Positions 55,301-63,837 of a stretch of DNA of 64,000 nucleotides are shown here, piece by piece; the first letter of the stretch is position 1; each line of letters opens with the position of its first letter. Where the stretch lies: positions 952-64,951 of the IMG/VR virus record IMGVR_UViG_3300050821_003720, one strand, 5' to 3'. The notes under the pieces are model-generated. The model was not told the origin of the DNA. It did no database searches and saw only the letters and a program-made list of their open reading frames with translations. The translations under genes and the position numbers were made by a program. The DNA is from a virus.

Positions 55301-56142
55301 ACAATCAACCCCATTGTAGAAAACCACGTACTTGCTTGCCATGTTCCCGCTGCCGTACCTGAAGGTGTCGCTACAACTGCTGGAGCATTTACAGGACCAA
55401 AAGCTCCAAAACTAAAAATCGTTCCGTTAGGATTTAATGGAGTGTATATTCTAGTTTCTACTCCGTCACCCATATACAAAATACCAGCAACAGCTAAGAA
55501 GTAAGTCTGACCAGCACCAACACCTTTCCCAAACAAAAACGTGGTAATTCCATTTTGTTGATCCCAATAAACAGCCCCTGCTGACACTCCGGTAGCAGTG
55601 TGAGTTTCTGCAACGGCGACAGAATTAGAAACAGTCAAAGTTGTCGTAGTTGAAGCTGTGACTGTAAAGGTTCCATTGTTCCCAGGGTTTGTCGCAAATC
55701 CAGCGATCTGGAAAATAAATCCTTGATAAGCATTATTTCCACCGTTAGGAAAAACTCCGGTATAAACAGCTGTAGAACCGACAGAGGACGCAACAGAAGA
55801 GATAACTAATGGCCCCGTACTTCCTGTATCTATGATAACTCGGATTGTTCCGTCTGTTAATTGAAAAGAAAATGCTCGCAAAGGAGCGGTAGGATATATG
55901 TCAGCCGAAAAAGGAACCAGACCAGGACGACGCTGAAGAGTCAATCGATTTGTTAATTCGATATTCTTTCCCATCCACAATGCGTCTGGACGACCGCCAT
56001 AAAATCTAGCTGTGGCGACATCGGAAGGATCATGCAACACGTTTCTCTGAGTGTACAATCCAGTAAAAGCCCGATCCATAAAGATAGGCGTATACCGAGG
56101 CTGTTTTTGAGGCTGTGCTCCATGTGCCTGAAGTAAATTCAT
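52369..56142 (-). CDS. very large tail/adsorption-apparatus protein
   Basis: 1257 aa, G/T/S/N-rich with repeat-like beta-rich composition. Confidence 0.45.
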   Translation of the reverse strand: MNLLQAHGAQPQKQPRYTPIFMDRAFTGLYTQRNVLHDPSDVATARFYGGRPDALWMGKNIELTNRLTLQRRPGLVPFSADIYPTAPLRAFSFQLTDGTIRVIIDTGSTGPLVISSVASSVGSTAVYTGVFPNGGNNAYQGFIFQIAGFATNPGNNGTFTVTASTTTTLTVSNSVAVAETHTATGVSAGAVYWDQQNGITTFLFGKGVGAGQTYFLAVAGILYMGDGVETRIYTPLNPNGTIFSFGAFGPVNAPAVVATPSGTAAGTWQASTWFSTMGLIVDPNGNIQQLNFINNPSVTIGSVAVLGTSSTGGPTWNQTPGNTTTDNTVTWRNLSDVIPWLPNFPFETETQAFSTNTLRCICYDQATGCFFVNISSQATANTGLSNPFAAAGYNTANPPPPGTVIPDRQVTWMSLGNINNIPNGYCQGIWRPSQVIATPPPSVRILEPFTLPQPGHPLPAGTIYLQENTSSGTTAASNTSITWQQAAGQTTTEPAGSDGSTLKWLCVTATNNGTGLWQSGTPYIGWSSPGSAFGVVKDNNGSLWVAASSGTSGASDPFGNSGAQLYYQTGGHVYGVGTIIIDSNSNRQQVTVSGTSGGSAPVWNRNQGGITVDNGTLRWQNLGSAYGFGPVPDGTNGLTWVNVGRSAVWIASQKYYLPNAGFFAPISVPLGGANVNDGTNIEYVVQTGVSGSSTPTWNTSTAPGSNETYDPSPAAAGGVVWYNNGPFKQNSLSFSTSLSWAYSYKARTLTDFYSVLIPGTNTPQNIPPPGPPFNGALPAPTGSETGFITTASPATTLTGANAGAVFSIYGQYSPDTQFDTIVIWRSSDGGGPTQMFELTEIPNIPSQAGSGKYTVNGVKYDWVFQDFLPSVATNQFPGLNPQIIAPINGINNPAPSNFLPMVFNFQRIWGTVGQNVLFSGGPDTPTGNANFAFPAINSLPFLATVTRLVRTPQGIITFTVDSIELIAGGPATATFYSVTLSPGVGLLSFNFLDVYAGEIFFFSADNEFMVLSPSLNLANFGFPLGDQFANLPSSGVSDTTWNPATGYVAVHQSGIDNCIFVADGATGWYRLNPRQVPGGLAGAEPIWSPFAAITGGCHMVQSIEYTPGIKALLVGASTGGHNILKRSLSVFTDNGTPYDANFTMGGIMLAHPGQRALLKFIEIDFSGVDFNPTISYLLNEISGSFTSFAPDAEVFDPPSIYGTSITPTSYSPNRYYFASNASLAVCRHLQIKVDLGTTSTGDELYNLTIFGKLIVEL

Positions 56143-57071
56143 TAAATCCCTCTACCTTGAACTCCCTGTTGAAGTTTCAACGTTACCGAATTTTGCTCTC
56201 TGCCCTGAGCAAGCCATTGTTGGGCAAATATGTTCTTTTGAGTGTCGGACAGCCCTTCGGCTTTCGCCAAGAAAGCTGCGACTCCACGTTGTCTGTAAAT
56301 CTGCGATCTAGTATCATCGACAACTGCCAGAGACTCACCCAAAAAGAGATTATTGTAAATATCCGAGTACGAATCCGGAATTGGTGCCCAACTTTGATTT
56401 AGAGCAAGACCTGGATCGGTTTCAGCTTGACCATTTGGATTATTAAGTATCAAAGTTGTAGCATTGACGGATACGATAGTGAAAGCACCGTTATTTGAAG
56501 CCGTCTTAAGACCAGATATAGACGCACTCTGTCCTACCAAAAATGACAGCGGATCAAACGTTCCTATATATTCTGTAGTTCCACCCGAAGCATTCATAAC
56601 CGATGTAATTGAAAACGAACCAAATTGAACAGCTAACTTCTGATAAGTCAGGACAATTGTATAGACTTGATCAGGAATTCCCATAAATCGAATCTTAAAA
56701 CCAACTCCAGGGGTATTCAAAATAACTGCCACAGCGTGAGGCTGCTGCTGATCTCCACCTAATGACAAAGCTGCTGTATTGTAAACATCCTTAATTTCTA
56801 TCACTTGATTATTTGAATCTATCAAAGATGCTTTTTCCAAAAAGCCGAAATCAGTATTTGTATATGTGTAATCTTGAACACCAACTTGAGTTGACTTGGT
56901 AGAATCCTCAATCCGGTTAAAAGCCCACCCAATAGGTGGAAGAAACAACATAGAGTTTCTAATCATCGAGCAAATTGAAACCGCAGGCTCATTACTCGTG
57001 CCTGCAGTCATAGGACTATATTCTATATATGGTAAAGACCAATTTAAAGTCGATGTAAGCGTATTCGCCAT
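56142..57071 (-). CDS. hypothetical structural protein
   Basis: 309 aa ORF. Confidence 0.4.
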   Translation of the reverse strand: MANTLTSTLNWSLPYIEYSPMTAGTSNEPAVSICSMIRNSMLFLPPIGWAFNRIEDSTKSTQVGVQDYTYTNTDFGFLEKASLIDSNNQVIEIKDVYNTAALSLGGDQQQPHAVAVILNTPGVGFKIRFMGIPDQVYTIVLTYQKLAVQFGSFSITSVMNASGGTTEYIGTFDPLSFLVGQSASISGLKTASNNGAFTIVSVNATTLILNNPNGQAETDPGLALNQSWAPIPDSYSDIYNNLFLGESLAVVDDTRSQIYRQRGVAAFLAKAEGLSDTQKNIFAQQWLAQGREQNSVTLKLQQGVQGRGI

Positions 57072-57478
57072 TAACTCACCAAAAGAAAGGCAGGAGCCGT
57101 CAATGTCTCAGTGAATAGCACCTGTTGTGTCTGCTGTGGAGTATTTGTCACATTCGGTCCACCGACACTTTGAGAAACCGTCTCCACGTTTGTAACCAAG
57201 CAAATGAATTGAAAACCATTATCCGAAACACTTAATATCGGCGTAGTATAACTAGCGCCTTGCGCTCCAGTGATCTGCCAGAAGCCGTCTGCTTCTGCTC
57301 CTGGTAAAGGAGTAAATCCGGAAGCTATAGAGATAGCATGATCCGTTGTAAACCACTGATACGACAACACGCCGTCTGCTTTAGCTGTGACGAAAAATGT
57401 TGCCATACTTCCATGGAGGACAGATTGATTCTGCGGTTGTACAGTAATTATAACAGGAGATTCTGGCATAGACACCAA
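57071..57478 (-). CDS. Ig-like domain protein (possible virion decoration)
   Basis: VIITVQPQNQSVLHGSMATFFVTAKADGVLSYQWF is Ig-like. Confidence 0.4.
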   Translation of the reverse strand: MVSMPESPVIITVQPQNQSVLHGSMATFFVTAKADGVLSYQWFTTDHAISIASGFTPLPGAEADGFWQITGAQGASYTTPILSVSDNGFQFICLVTNVETVSQSVGGPNVTNTPQQTQQVLFTETLTAPAFLLVS

Positions 57479-57530
57479 TAGAAAAGCCGCCCATAAAATC
57501 AGACGACTATGAAACTATGATAAAATTTAA

Positions 57531-58154
57531 TTATTTACAATACTGACAAGAAGGATTAATGACGTTGCGATTTATGTGCCAACGAATATGAAGATAACGT
57601 TTAGAACCTACGACGTGTTCTTCTTTATTTAGACCACCAAATTTCTTACCTAATTCGGACATATAACCAGATTCAACGTTTCTTTTACCAACTAAAACAC
57701 CAGCGACCTTTCCGCCTGCTGAAGATATATTTTGAAGGTGTCCAGACTCAACATTCTTCAAGCCACTTCTTTTACTGTTTTCTCTACAGACATCTCCATA
57801 TTCAGAAGAGTGAATTCCTGTTTTATTTATTACGGCCAATCTACCGCTAACTTTTCCTGCCTTACTTTGATGTTCAAAAGTAGGAATAATGCCCGAGACT
57901 CCATCGCCGCCATTAGTAAGATTACGAAGACAACCGGTCCCTAAATCTTTTCGTCCCCAATTTGCAATTAATTCTTTCTCGGTTTCAAATGCCTCTTGTT
58001 CTGAATCTCTATTTAAAATTAAAATTCGTGAATCGTCTACAGGTTTGTGGCACGTATGATCCTTACTCGTAAATGCCCGTTTACCATGACCTTTGCCCAC
58101 ATAGTACGGTGTCCCATCTTCTCGTAACCATAAATAAACGTAAAATTGCGGCAT
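57531..58154 (-). CDS. GIY-YIG homing endonuclease with C-terminal Gly/Lys-rich repeats
   Basis: FYVYLWLREDGTPYYVGKGHGKR (GIY...YIG). Own promoter and SD AAGGAG upstream. Confidence 0.75.
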   Translation of the reverse strand: MPQFYVYLWLREDGTPYYVGKGHGKRAFTSKDHTCHKPVDDSRILILNRDSEQEAFETEKELIANWGRKDLGTGCLRNLTNGGDGVSGIIPTFEHQSKAGKVSGRLAVINKTGIHSSEYGDVCRENSKRSGLKNVESGHLQNISSAGGKVAGVLVGKRNVESGYMSELGKKFGGLNKEEHVVGSKRYLHIRWHINRNVINPSCQYCK

Positions 58155-58170
58155 TGTTTCTCCTTATAAC

Positions 58171-58199
58171 AATATACCACAACATTGTGTCCTTGTCAA
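58171..58199 (-). promoter_or_regulatory. strong sigma70-like promoter for the GIY-YIG gene (minus strand: TTGACA-17nt-TATATT)
   Basis: Minus-strand reading: gataataaagaatagttcTTGACAaggacacaatgttgtggTATATTgttatAAGGAGaaacaATG. Confidence 0.5.
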
Positions 58200-58215
58200 G
58201 AACTATTCTTTATTA

Positions 58216-59310
58216 TCAGCGAGTTGGGTACTGAAACGGCCAAGTTGGCCCAAACCAACGTTGTCGACCAACTACTCCACCCATGATTCCACGATCCGGA
58301 ACAAAACTGTTCTCTTCTAATTCGAAGTCTTCTTTGGCTCGCATCGAGTATGCAGCCGCTTGCCACAACGCCCACTCTTCTTTAAACTTCGCTCTAATCT
58401 TCGCTTCTGGAGAGTATCGGTAACACTGAGCGATGAATCCTTGTCGGAAGATAGGTTCGTATTCATCCGGCAACGGAGCCAATGTTTGTGAAAGACTTGT
58501 GAATCTAACTGGCACTGCCTGTCCGCATAAGCTAAACTGCCACACGACACCAGTCTGAGACGGAGCAGGGAGAATTCTAAATCCAGCACCATTTGGATCG
58601 ACTACAGTCCAAACTGTCGTTGAAGCATCCTGACGAGTTGCTGCCGTAACCAAGAAACCTGGAACAGAATTTGGAGGCGCTACAGGAGGATTCACACCCT
58701 CAGTTCCGAAAACTGTCAAGACCAAAAGATTGTTATTTGAATCTCTAATTTGTAAAATAGGATTAAACGGCATCGCTGTCAAATTAGGACTAACCAGCGG
58801 TTGATATACGGAACCCGCAACAGGGTTATTACCGAAAGAGGTGCTTCCAGTATTTCCTTTACCCCATTGACCATAATACAACGTACGATTTGGAAACCAG
58901 TTACACAAAAACAATGGAGAATTCGTGGCTGAATTAAAAAGCTGACCCGTTTGTTGTGGTAACTGTCGACCTACTTCAGCTTGACGCCACGGCTTAGGAA
59001 CAGCGGTATTGTTAATATCGACTACAATTCCTCGCTCTAACCACGACAAATTAAAAATAGACGAACCATCAAGATTTATACCAGCATAGTCCTGTTGAAA
59101 CGAATTTGTATAAAACTGAGGTAAATTAATCTCATTCCACTTATGAGGAAAAGGTAGAGCGCAGATAGCATTCATTACGTCATTTGCAATTGTTTTAGCG
59201 GGTTGACCAGAAGACTGAGGAACGTTAAGGACAGGTGCAATATCACCAAATCCCTGCGCTATCGTGACTATATCCTGAAGCTTGACAGTACTTAAAGAAG
59301 ATGTGGGCAT
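58216..59310 (-). CDS. hypothetical structural protein
   Basis: 364 aa ORF. Confidence 0.4.
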   Translation of the reverse strand: MPTSSLSTVKLQDIVTIAQGFGDIAPVLNVPQSSGQPAKTIANDVMNAICALPFPHKWNEINLPQFYTNSFQQDYAGINLDGSSIFNLSWLERGIVVDINNTAVPKPWRQAEVGRQLPQQTGQLFNSATNSPLFLCNWFPNRTLYYGQWGKGNTGSTSFGNNPVAGSVYQPLVSPNLTAMPFNPILQIRDSNNNLLVLTVFGTEGVNPPVAPPNSVPGFLVTAATRQDASTTVWTVVDPNGAGFRILPAPSQTGVVWQFSLCGQAVPVRFTSLSQTLAPLPDEYEPIFRQGFIAQCYRYSPEAKIRAKFKEEWALWQAAAYSMRAKEDFELEENSFVPDRGIMGGVVGRQRWFGPTWPFQYPTR

Positions 59311-59320
59311 CTAGGCCTCA

Positions 59321-59352
59321 AATAAAAAATCCGGTTGTTATCGCACAACCGG
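59321..59352 (-). terminator. rho-independent terminator (minus strand)
   Basis: Minus-strand CCGGTTGtgcgataaCAACCGG hairpin followed by ATTTTTTATTT. Confidence 0.55.
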
Positions 59353-59376
59353 TAAAGCGGTAGAAGACACCTTTAT

Positions 59377-60066
59377 TTATACTGCGGGTTGGTCTTTAGT
59401 TCGTTCCAAGAACGCTCTACCTTCAGGGCTACTCAATAGCGCTGAGATAAAGGATGGATCACGGCCTTGCAACAACAAGGCGATATCGCCGTCCACGTGC
59501 AACGGAGCTTCCGAACTAGACTCTTTATCCGTCGACTGCTTAGTCATTTCGACGGCTTCCGCCCAACCGACTTTTGTGTGATTTGTAACTTGCTTTCCGC
59601 TGATCATCAAGAATTCCTTGGTGTCGCCCGGACGCCACGACATCTTACAAATTCGGCACTTAATAGTTTGAGAGTGATCAATAAAGGTATGAAGATAAAC
59701 GGCGTAATCGACAACTGGACCCTTGATACTGCCCTTACCTAAACCTTTCTGGTGCTTACACTGCGCCTGAGTCAACAACCGAGTTCTATCAAATTCTCGG
59801 GCATTCAATCGGCGCTGCTTGTCTCTCTGTTCAATTCTTTCAATTAATGCTCGTTCTTCAACTTCTTTTCGAGCTTCTCGCTGAAACATCATCTGTGTCA
59901 GTTTTTGGTTTTCCACCTGCATTTGCATCAACATGGCAACAGCTTGCTCTAAGTTCATAGGAGCGGCTGGCGTTGCTGGTGGAATCACTGCCGGTACTTG
60001 TTCAACCGGTTTTTCCTTTTTATCTACAGACAAAAGGAAATCTGCAACTTCTTGTTTCTTATCCAT
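59377..60066 (-). CDS. hypothetical protein with Cys motifs
   Basis: 229 aa; CKHQKG ... CRICK. Confidence 0.4.
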   Translation of the reverse strand: MDKKQEVADFLLSVDKKEKPVEQVPAVIPPATPAAPMNLEQAVAMLMQMQVENQKLTQMMFQREARKEVEERALIERIEQRDKQRRLNAREFDRTRLLTQAQCKHQKGLGKGSIKGPVVDYAVYLHTFIDHSQTIKCRICKMSWRPGDTKEFLMISGKQVTNHTKVGWAEAVEMTKQSTDKESSSEAPLHVDGDIALLLQGRDPSFISALLSSPEGRAFLERTKDQPAV

Positions 60067-60131
60067 ATATCATCCTTCTCAGGCTAAACTTCTTCTGAGA
60101 ACTAATCCGGATTACGTTCCGGTGACGAAAT

Positions 60132-60785
60132 TTACAACTTGGGGAATTCTTGCCGCTTTCGATTTCTGTGAAAGTACAACGTTCTCCGATAAACACGACT
60201 AATCTTATTCAGGACAGGCTTACCAAATATTTGATGTGCCCGTTCCTCGCTAAGAATATCCTTTATTATTAACTGACTTACGACTGTACGCCATCCCCTA
60301 AAATCTTCACCCGAGGGAACATTGTGGCGATCTAACTTCAAAACAGACCACTCGTACATAGCCGGAACTTGAAGATAGCAAACATAAATAGCCTCATCGG
60401 AACCGGGGCGAATAGCCCACAAAGCGACAGTCTGAGGAGGAAATCCATTATCTATTGTGAAACATCTTACGCCGTTATCTCTGAGCTTCTGAATGAAGGC
60501 ACGAGTCGGTGTGGCGTTTACTTTTCTACCTTCTGGATTTGCCAAGATATCTTGATCTTCGATTTGATAGGCTTTAGCCATCGTATCTGAAATTTCTTTT
60601 TCTCTGGCAAAACTTTCCTTCACGAACGCTTTATAATCTTGCGGAAAACGAACCCAATTAGGAGTACCGTTCGCAAGAAGCTGCTTGATAGTTTCCCGTG
60701 TAGTTTTCAAATCATGAACACTATTGATAGGATTTTCTGCTGGTGCTAGAAAGTCCTCATACTGACGACCATTGATATTTTTCAT
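60132..60785 (-). CDS. hypothetical protein
   Basis: 217 aa ORF. Confidence 0.4.
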   Translation of the reverse strand: MKNINGRQYEDFLAPAENPINSVHDLKTTRETIKQLLANGTPNWVRFPQDYKAFVKESFAREKEISDTMAKAYQIEDQDILANPEGRKVNATPTRAFIQKLRDNGVRCFTIDNGFPPQTVALWAIRPGSDEAIYVCYLQVPAMYEWSVLKLDRHNVPSGEDFRGWRTVVSQLIIKDILSEERAHQIFGKPVLNKISRVYRRTLYFHRNRKRQEFPKL

Positions 60786-61234
60786 TGTTCCTTCTTATAA
60801 CTATTGACGTACTGAATAGCATTTGCTAATACCGTCGTATCGTCCTTGAAACGACCTAAACCTAAATTACAATCTTCACACAATAAACCACGACGACATT
60901 TGTCACAACTCTTCAACTGAGGACAGCACTCGTGATTGTGATCGATGTGCGGTGTATCTGTAAAAGGTTTATGGCAAATAGCACATTTGCTATCTTGTTC
61001 AATCATCTTAGCGTCAAACCATTCTTGCGTTATGCCGTGACGATTATTACGATGACGTTTTGCTTGTACTTCTTTATTGTCCCGATAATACTGAGCGTTA
61101 CGAGCTAATTCTGCCGCCTTATGATTTTCATAAAAACGTTTGTTACGCTCTGATTCTGTTAACGGTCTTTCCGCAAATATTCTTCTCATTTTCTCTCCCT
61201 TAAAGAGATGAGTCAGGGAGTGTGTTAAGGGCAC
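60782..61234 (-). CDS. endonuclease VII-like (Holliday-junction resolvase/recombination endonuclease) protein
   Basis: CAICHKPF ... HIDHNHECC ... CDKCRRGLLCEDCNLGLG is typical of T4 endo VII-family zinc/HNH-like nucleases. Confidence 0.65.
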   Translation of the reverse strand: MPLTHSLTHLFKGEKMRRIFAERPLTESERNKRFYENHKAAELARNAQYYRDNKEVQAKRHRNNRHGITQEWFDAKMIEQDSKCAICHKPFTDTPHIDHNHECCPQLKSCDKCRRGLLCEDCNLGLGRFKDDTTVLANAIQYVNSYKKEQ

Positions 61235-61240
61235 ACTCCC
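61216..61240 (-). promoter_or_regulatory. 5'UTR stem-loop (GGGAGTGTG / CACACTCCC, 9 bp) upstream of the endo VII SD
   Basis: Perfect 9 bp inverted repeat. Its CUCCC arm is complementary to the downstream SD GGGAG. Confidence 0.35.
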
Positions 61241-61248
61241 TCACTCTA

Positions 61249-61278
61249 ATCTTAGCATAAGTTGCAACTTATGTCAAG
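61249..61278 (-). promoter_or_regulatory. sigma70-like promoter (minus strand) with a perfect 16 bp palindromic spacer
   Basis: Minus-strand TTGACA-taagttgcaacttatgc-TAAGAT. The spacer contains ATAAGTTGCAACTTAT. It drives the endo VII gene and downstream genes. Confidence 0.45.
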
Positions 61279-61425
61279 AGTTAATTTACTGAATAGCAGG
61301 CACGCTATCAATGTATCGAATACGCTGTGTATTCAATCCGGTTGCTGGAGGCAAAGTCACTGTTTGATGGAACTTATCCTTTTGTGACATCAACTTACGT
61401 TGAAGGGTTGGTCATTTCTGCCAAC

Positions 61426-61575
61426 CTCTCATGATTTCTATTCTCATGAGAGCAGACTATCGCATCGCCTTGCGGCGTTCTCTCGCTTAGTCGTTCAGGC
61501 TGCTTTCGCTTGCCCCTTGTTCCCGTTTCAGGGTTCAAGTCAATCAGAGAGAATTCTCACTCTTGCGAGTGACCC
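61426..61575 (-). terminator. cluster of hairpins downstream of the putative capsid gene (terminator region, T7 T-phi-like position)
   Basis: CTCTCATGA/TCATGAGAG 9 bp stem. GGTTGG/CCAACC stem. GTCACTC-GCAA-GAGTGA stem and CGCC-GCAA-GGCG stem, both with GNRA loops on the minus strand. No clean U-tract. Confidence 0.35.
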
Positions 61576-61582
61576 AATTTTC

Positions 61583-62548
61583 TTAAGCGGCTAGTAAAAC
61601 CAACTCAGAATCTAAGGAAGCCCATCCACCAATTGTACCGGTTGGATCAAAAGAACTTTGTGGTGCGTCTGTAACAACACGGCACTCAATTGTTCTCCAA
61701 TCGCCTTCGTCTAGGTCTGTGTCACCAGGAACTTCCAACCACACGCCGATGAAAGCGTAGTTACCGTACACGTATGTACGATACGCTGTCTTACCGGTAG
61801 CGTTGAAGTTAGCTGTTGTTGTCACAAACGGTGTCTGTCGCAGCACGATGTTTGTGCCGGGAAGTTCAATATCCTGTGTCTGGTCAGAGCCAGCCATCTT
61901 GTCGAACTTCTCCATATTGGCGTACTTCCACAAATCAACAATGCTGTTATTAACAGTTGTTGCGTTGTAGATATCTCCCAACACGTTAGGACTTACCGAA
62001 CCACCGAACTTGCCACGCTTGCAAGGCAACACGTTGTGCGAAACTAACTGCTGTTTCAATTCACGAACTGTTCCTAGGTCAAGAGTGTAAGGAGCCGATA
62101 GCAAACCGCTCTGGTTAACGTTAGCGTCAACTGTCGATGCCGAGTCAACTACGGCGCTATACAATTCAGAAATCGACTGACCAGCCTGATAGCCTAGTTC
62201 AACAGCCGAGTTTCCGACCAACTCGTCAATCGCTGCGGCAATCGCAAACGAAGAGAAGTTGGAATAATTATTCCATTCACCAATCTGCGCCGGTGCGCTC
62301 AACTGGCTGATCAGTTCCGGACTTCCAACTGTACCGTCGGCTCGCTGTGTTGTATCACCCGATAGCGTGTTGTACTGGAAGAAAGTTCGGTTGATGCCCA
62401 TGTGCAAAGGCTGCACACGTCGCTCTGCCCATGCTACGAAAGCATCGGTTTCGCCCTTTAAGTTGGGGATTAATTCCTTATCAAACAAAATCGCCTGCGC
62501 TGTTAGAACGTTCCCCACGTTCATTGCTGCAGGGTTTGGTCCGCTCAT
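61583..62548 (-). CDS. putative major capsid protein
   Basis: 321 aa. Lies immediately downstream of the scaffold-like gene and is followed by a hairpin-rich terminator region. Assignment is by position and size only. Confidence 0.5.
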   Translation of the reverse strand: MSGPNPAAMNVGNVLTAQAILFDKELIPNLKGETDAFVAWAERRVQPLHMGINRTFFQYNTLSGDTTQRADGTVGSPELISQLSAPAQIGEWNNYSNFSSFAIAAAIDELVGNSAVELGYQAGQSISELYSAVVDSASTVDANVNQSGLLSAPYTLDLGTVRELKQQLVSHNVLPCKRGKFGGSVSPNVLGDIYNATTVNNSIVDLWKYANMEKFDKMAGSDQTQDIELPGTNIVLRQTPFVTTTANFNATGKTAYRTYVYGNYAFIGVWLEVPGDTDLDEGDWRTIECRVVTDAPQSSFDPTGTIGGWASLDSELVLLAA

Positions 62549-62580
62549 AAATGTCCTTTGAAACTTACTGGTTTACGAAG

Positions 62581-63837
62581 TTATCGAGGCTGTGCAAGGA
62601 CTGCGTTAATCTCAGCCCGTGATTTCGGGTCTTTGACTAACCGCTTCAATTTTTCCTTGTCCATCTTCAAAATACCTTCTCTTGTGTATTTCGGTTCACC
62701 AGAAACCGTTGGTCGCTGTGCTGATAACGATCCCGGTTCGAGGCCACCGTTAATACCCGGTCTTGGCGTAGCAGGAGGTGTATTGTCTGCTGGCAAAGTT
62801 GCCGGTGGTACTGGTGCTGCTGGAGGAGCAGCCGCCGCTGCTTGTCTTGCCGCCAATTCAGCGGAAGGATGTTGCACGGCTGGTAACGCTTGTGGCACCG
62901 GAACCGGTGGATTGTCCACGGGCGGTACCTCTACTCGACTAGCTGGCACCGATACCGGGGCCAACTCGTGTTCCAATGCAATAAATGCTATTTCCAAATT
63001 GTCTAAAGTAAACTCAAGTTGATTTTCCTCAAGATACTTTCCGATCAAATCGGAGTTAGCTTTGCATGGATTAAAATCTTTCACATGTCGCTGCATGAAT
63101 TCATAACCGATCTGCTTGCCTCTAGCTTTAACTTCTGCTTCATGGGCAGCTTGTCGATCTTTAGCGACTTCACTTCCGGCGATCTTTCTAGCTGCCGCTA
63201 CAGCCTTAGCAGGGTCGTCGCCTTTCAAATCTTTCACTAATGCAGCCATATCTTCGTCGGTCAGAGGCTTATACTCTGGCTCTGCTGGCTGCTGTTGTTT
63301 AAATGAAACTTTCTGAGTCTTCAAACGATTAAAGGCTCTAGTTGCTTGAACGTGACATTCATCTTTCTTTGCGATAAACTCAGGCCAAGTTTTAGCCTCA
63401 AGATGAGTAGGTCGACCGATAGGATTACCAGTTTCGTCCTTAACCTGATATTCCTGAACAATTCTCAAAATTTTACCTTCAGCATCACGAGTAACATGTA
63501 TGCCATAAATAGCATAAGAAGCATCTTCCGCTTCCCACGGCTTAACTAATACTTGGTTTGCTGACGCTGCCGCCGTTGCTGCTTCTGATACTGCTTTGGC
63601 TGCTGCTGCATCCGCTGCGTCTTGTTCAGCTGCCGCCGCTTCTTTTGCCGCTTGATCAGCGGCTTCTTTTGCTGCCGCTTCTTCTGGGGTGACTACCGGA
63701 GTTTCTTCGGTCGCCTGAAGTGCTCTATTAATCTCAGCTATACCTTCCGCCGTCGACATCTTTTTCTTTAATTCTTCAGTACCGAGTTTATACACATCGG
63801 CCTTAGTACGCAGTATTTCTGACATATTAGTCTCCAT
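62581..63837 (-). CDS. putative scaffolding protein (Ala/Glu/Lys-rich, Pro-rich C-terminus)
   Basis: 418 aa with low-complexity helical composition. Position upstream of the capsid-like gene. Confidence 0.45.
   Translation of the reverse strand: METNMSEILRTKADVYKLGTEELKKKMSTAEGIAEINRALQATEETPVVTPEEAAAKEAADQAAKEAAAAEQDAADAAAAKAVSEAATAAASANQVLVKPWEAEDASYAIYGIHVTRDAEGKILRIVQEYQVKDETGNPIGRPTHLEAKTWPEFIAKKDECHVQATRAFNRLKTQKVSFKQQQPAEPEYKPLTDEDMAALVKDLKGDDPAKAVAAARKIAGSEVAKDRQAAHEAEVKARGKQIGYEFMQRHVKDFNPCKANSDLIGKYLEENQLEFTLDNLEIAFIALEHELAPVSVPASRVEVPPVDNPPVPVPQALPAVQHPSAELAARQAAAAAPPAAPVPPATLPADNTPPATPRPGINGGLEPGSLSAQRPTVSGEPKYTREGILKMDKEKLKRLVKDPKSRAEINAVLAQPR

Noticed and set aside
50063-56142. 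N-x-S/T sequon richness of the fibre-like proteins as evidence for N-glycosylation by the island
   Set aside because: Bacterial N-glycosylation needs an oligosaccharyltransferase (PglB-like), which is not present in the window, and S/T/N richness is common in tail fibres. Noted only as a weak pointer to possible virion glycosylation.
61235-61582. Possible tRNA gene in the 350 bp non-coding gap (TTCAATCC resembles a T-loop)
   Set aside because: The flanking sequence does not form a cloverleaf. The local hairpin GAATAC-gctgt-GTATTC has a 5 nt loop and no acceptor/D/anticodon arms could be built. A tRNA scan (tRNAscan-SE/ARAGORN) would settle it.
61552-61585. Plus-strand rho-independent terminator reading of TCACTC-ttgc-GAGTGA followed by CCCAATTTTCTT
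   Set aside because: No plus-strand gene is transcribed into this region, since the flanking genes are both on the minus strand. The hairpin is more plausibly part of the minus-strand post-capsid terminator cluster. A bidirectional role cannot be excluded.
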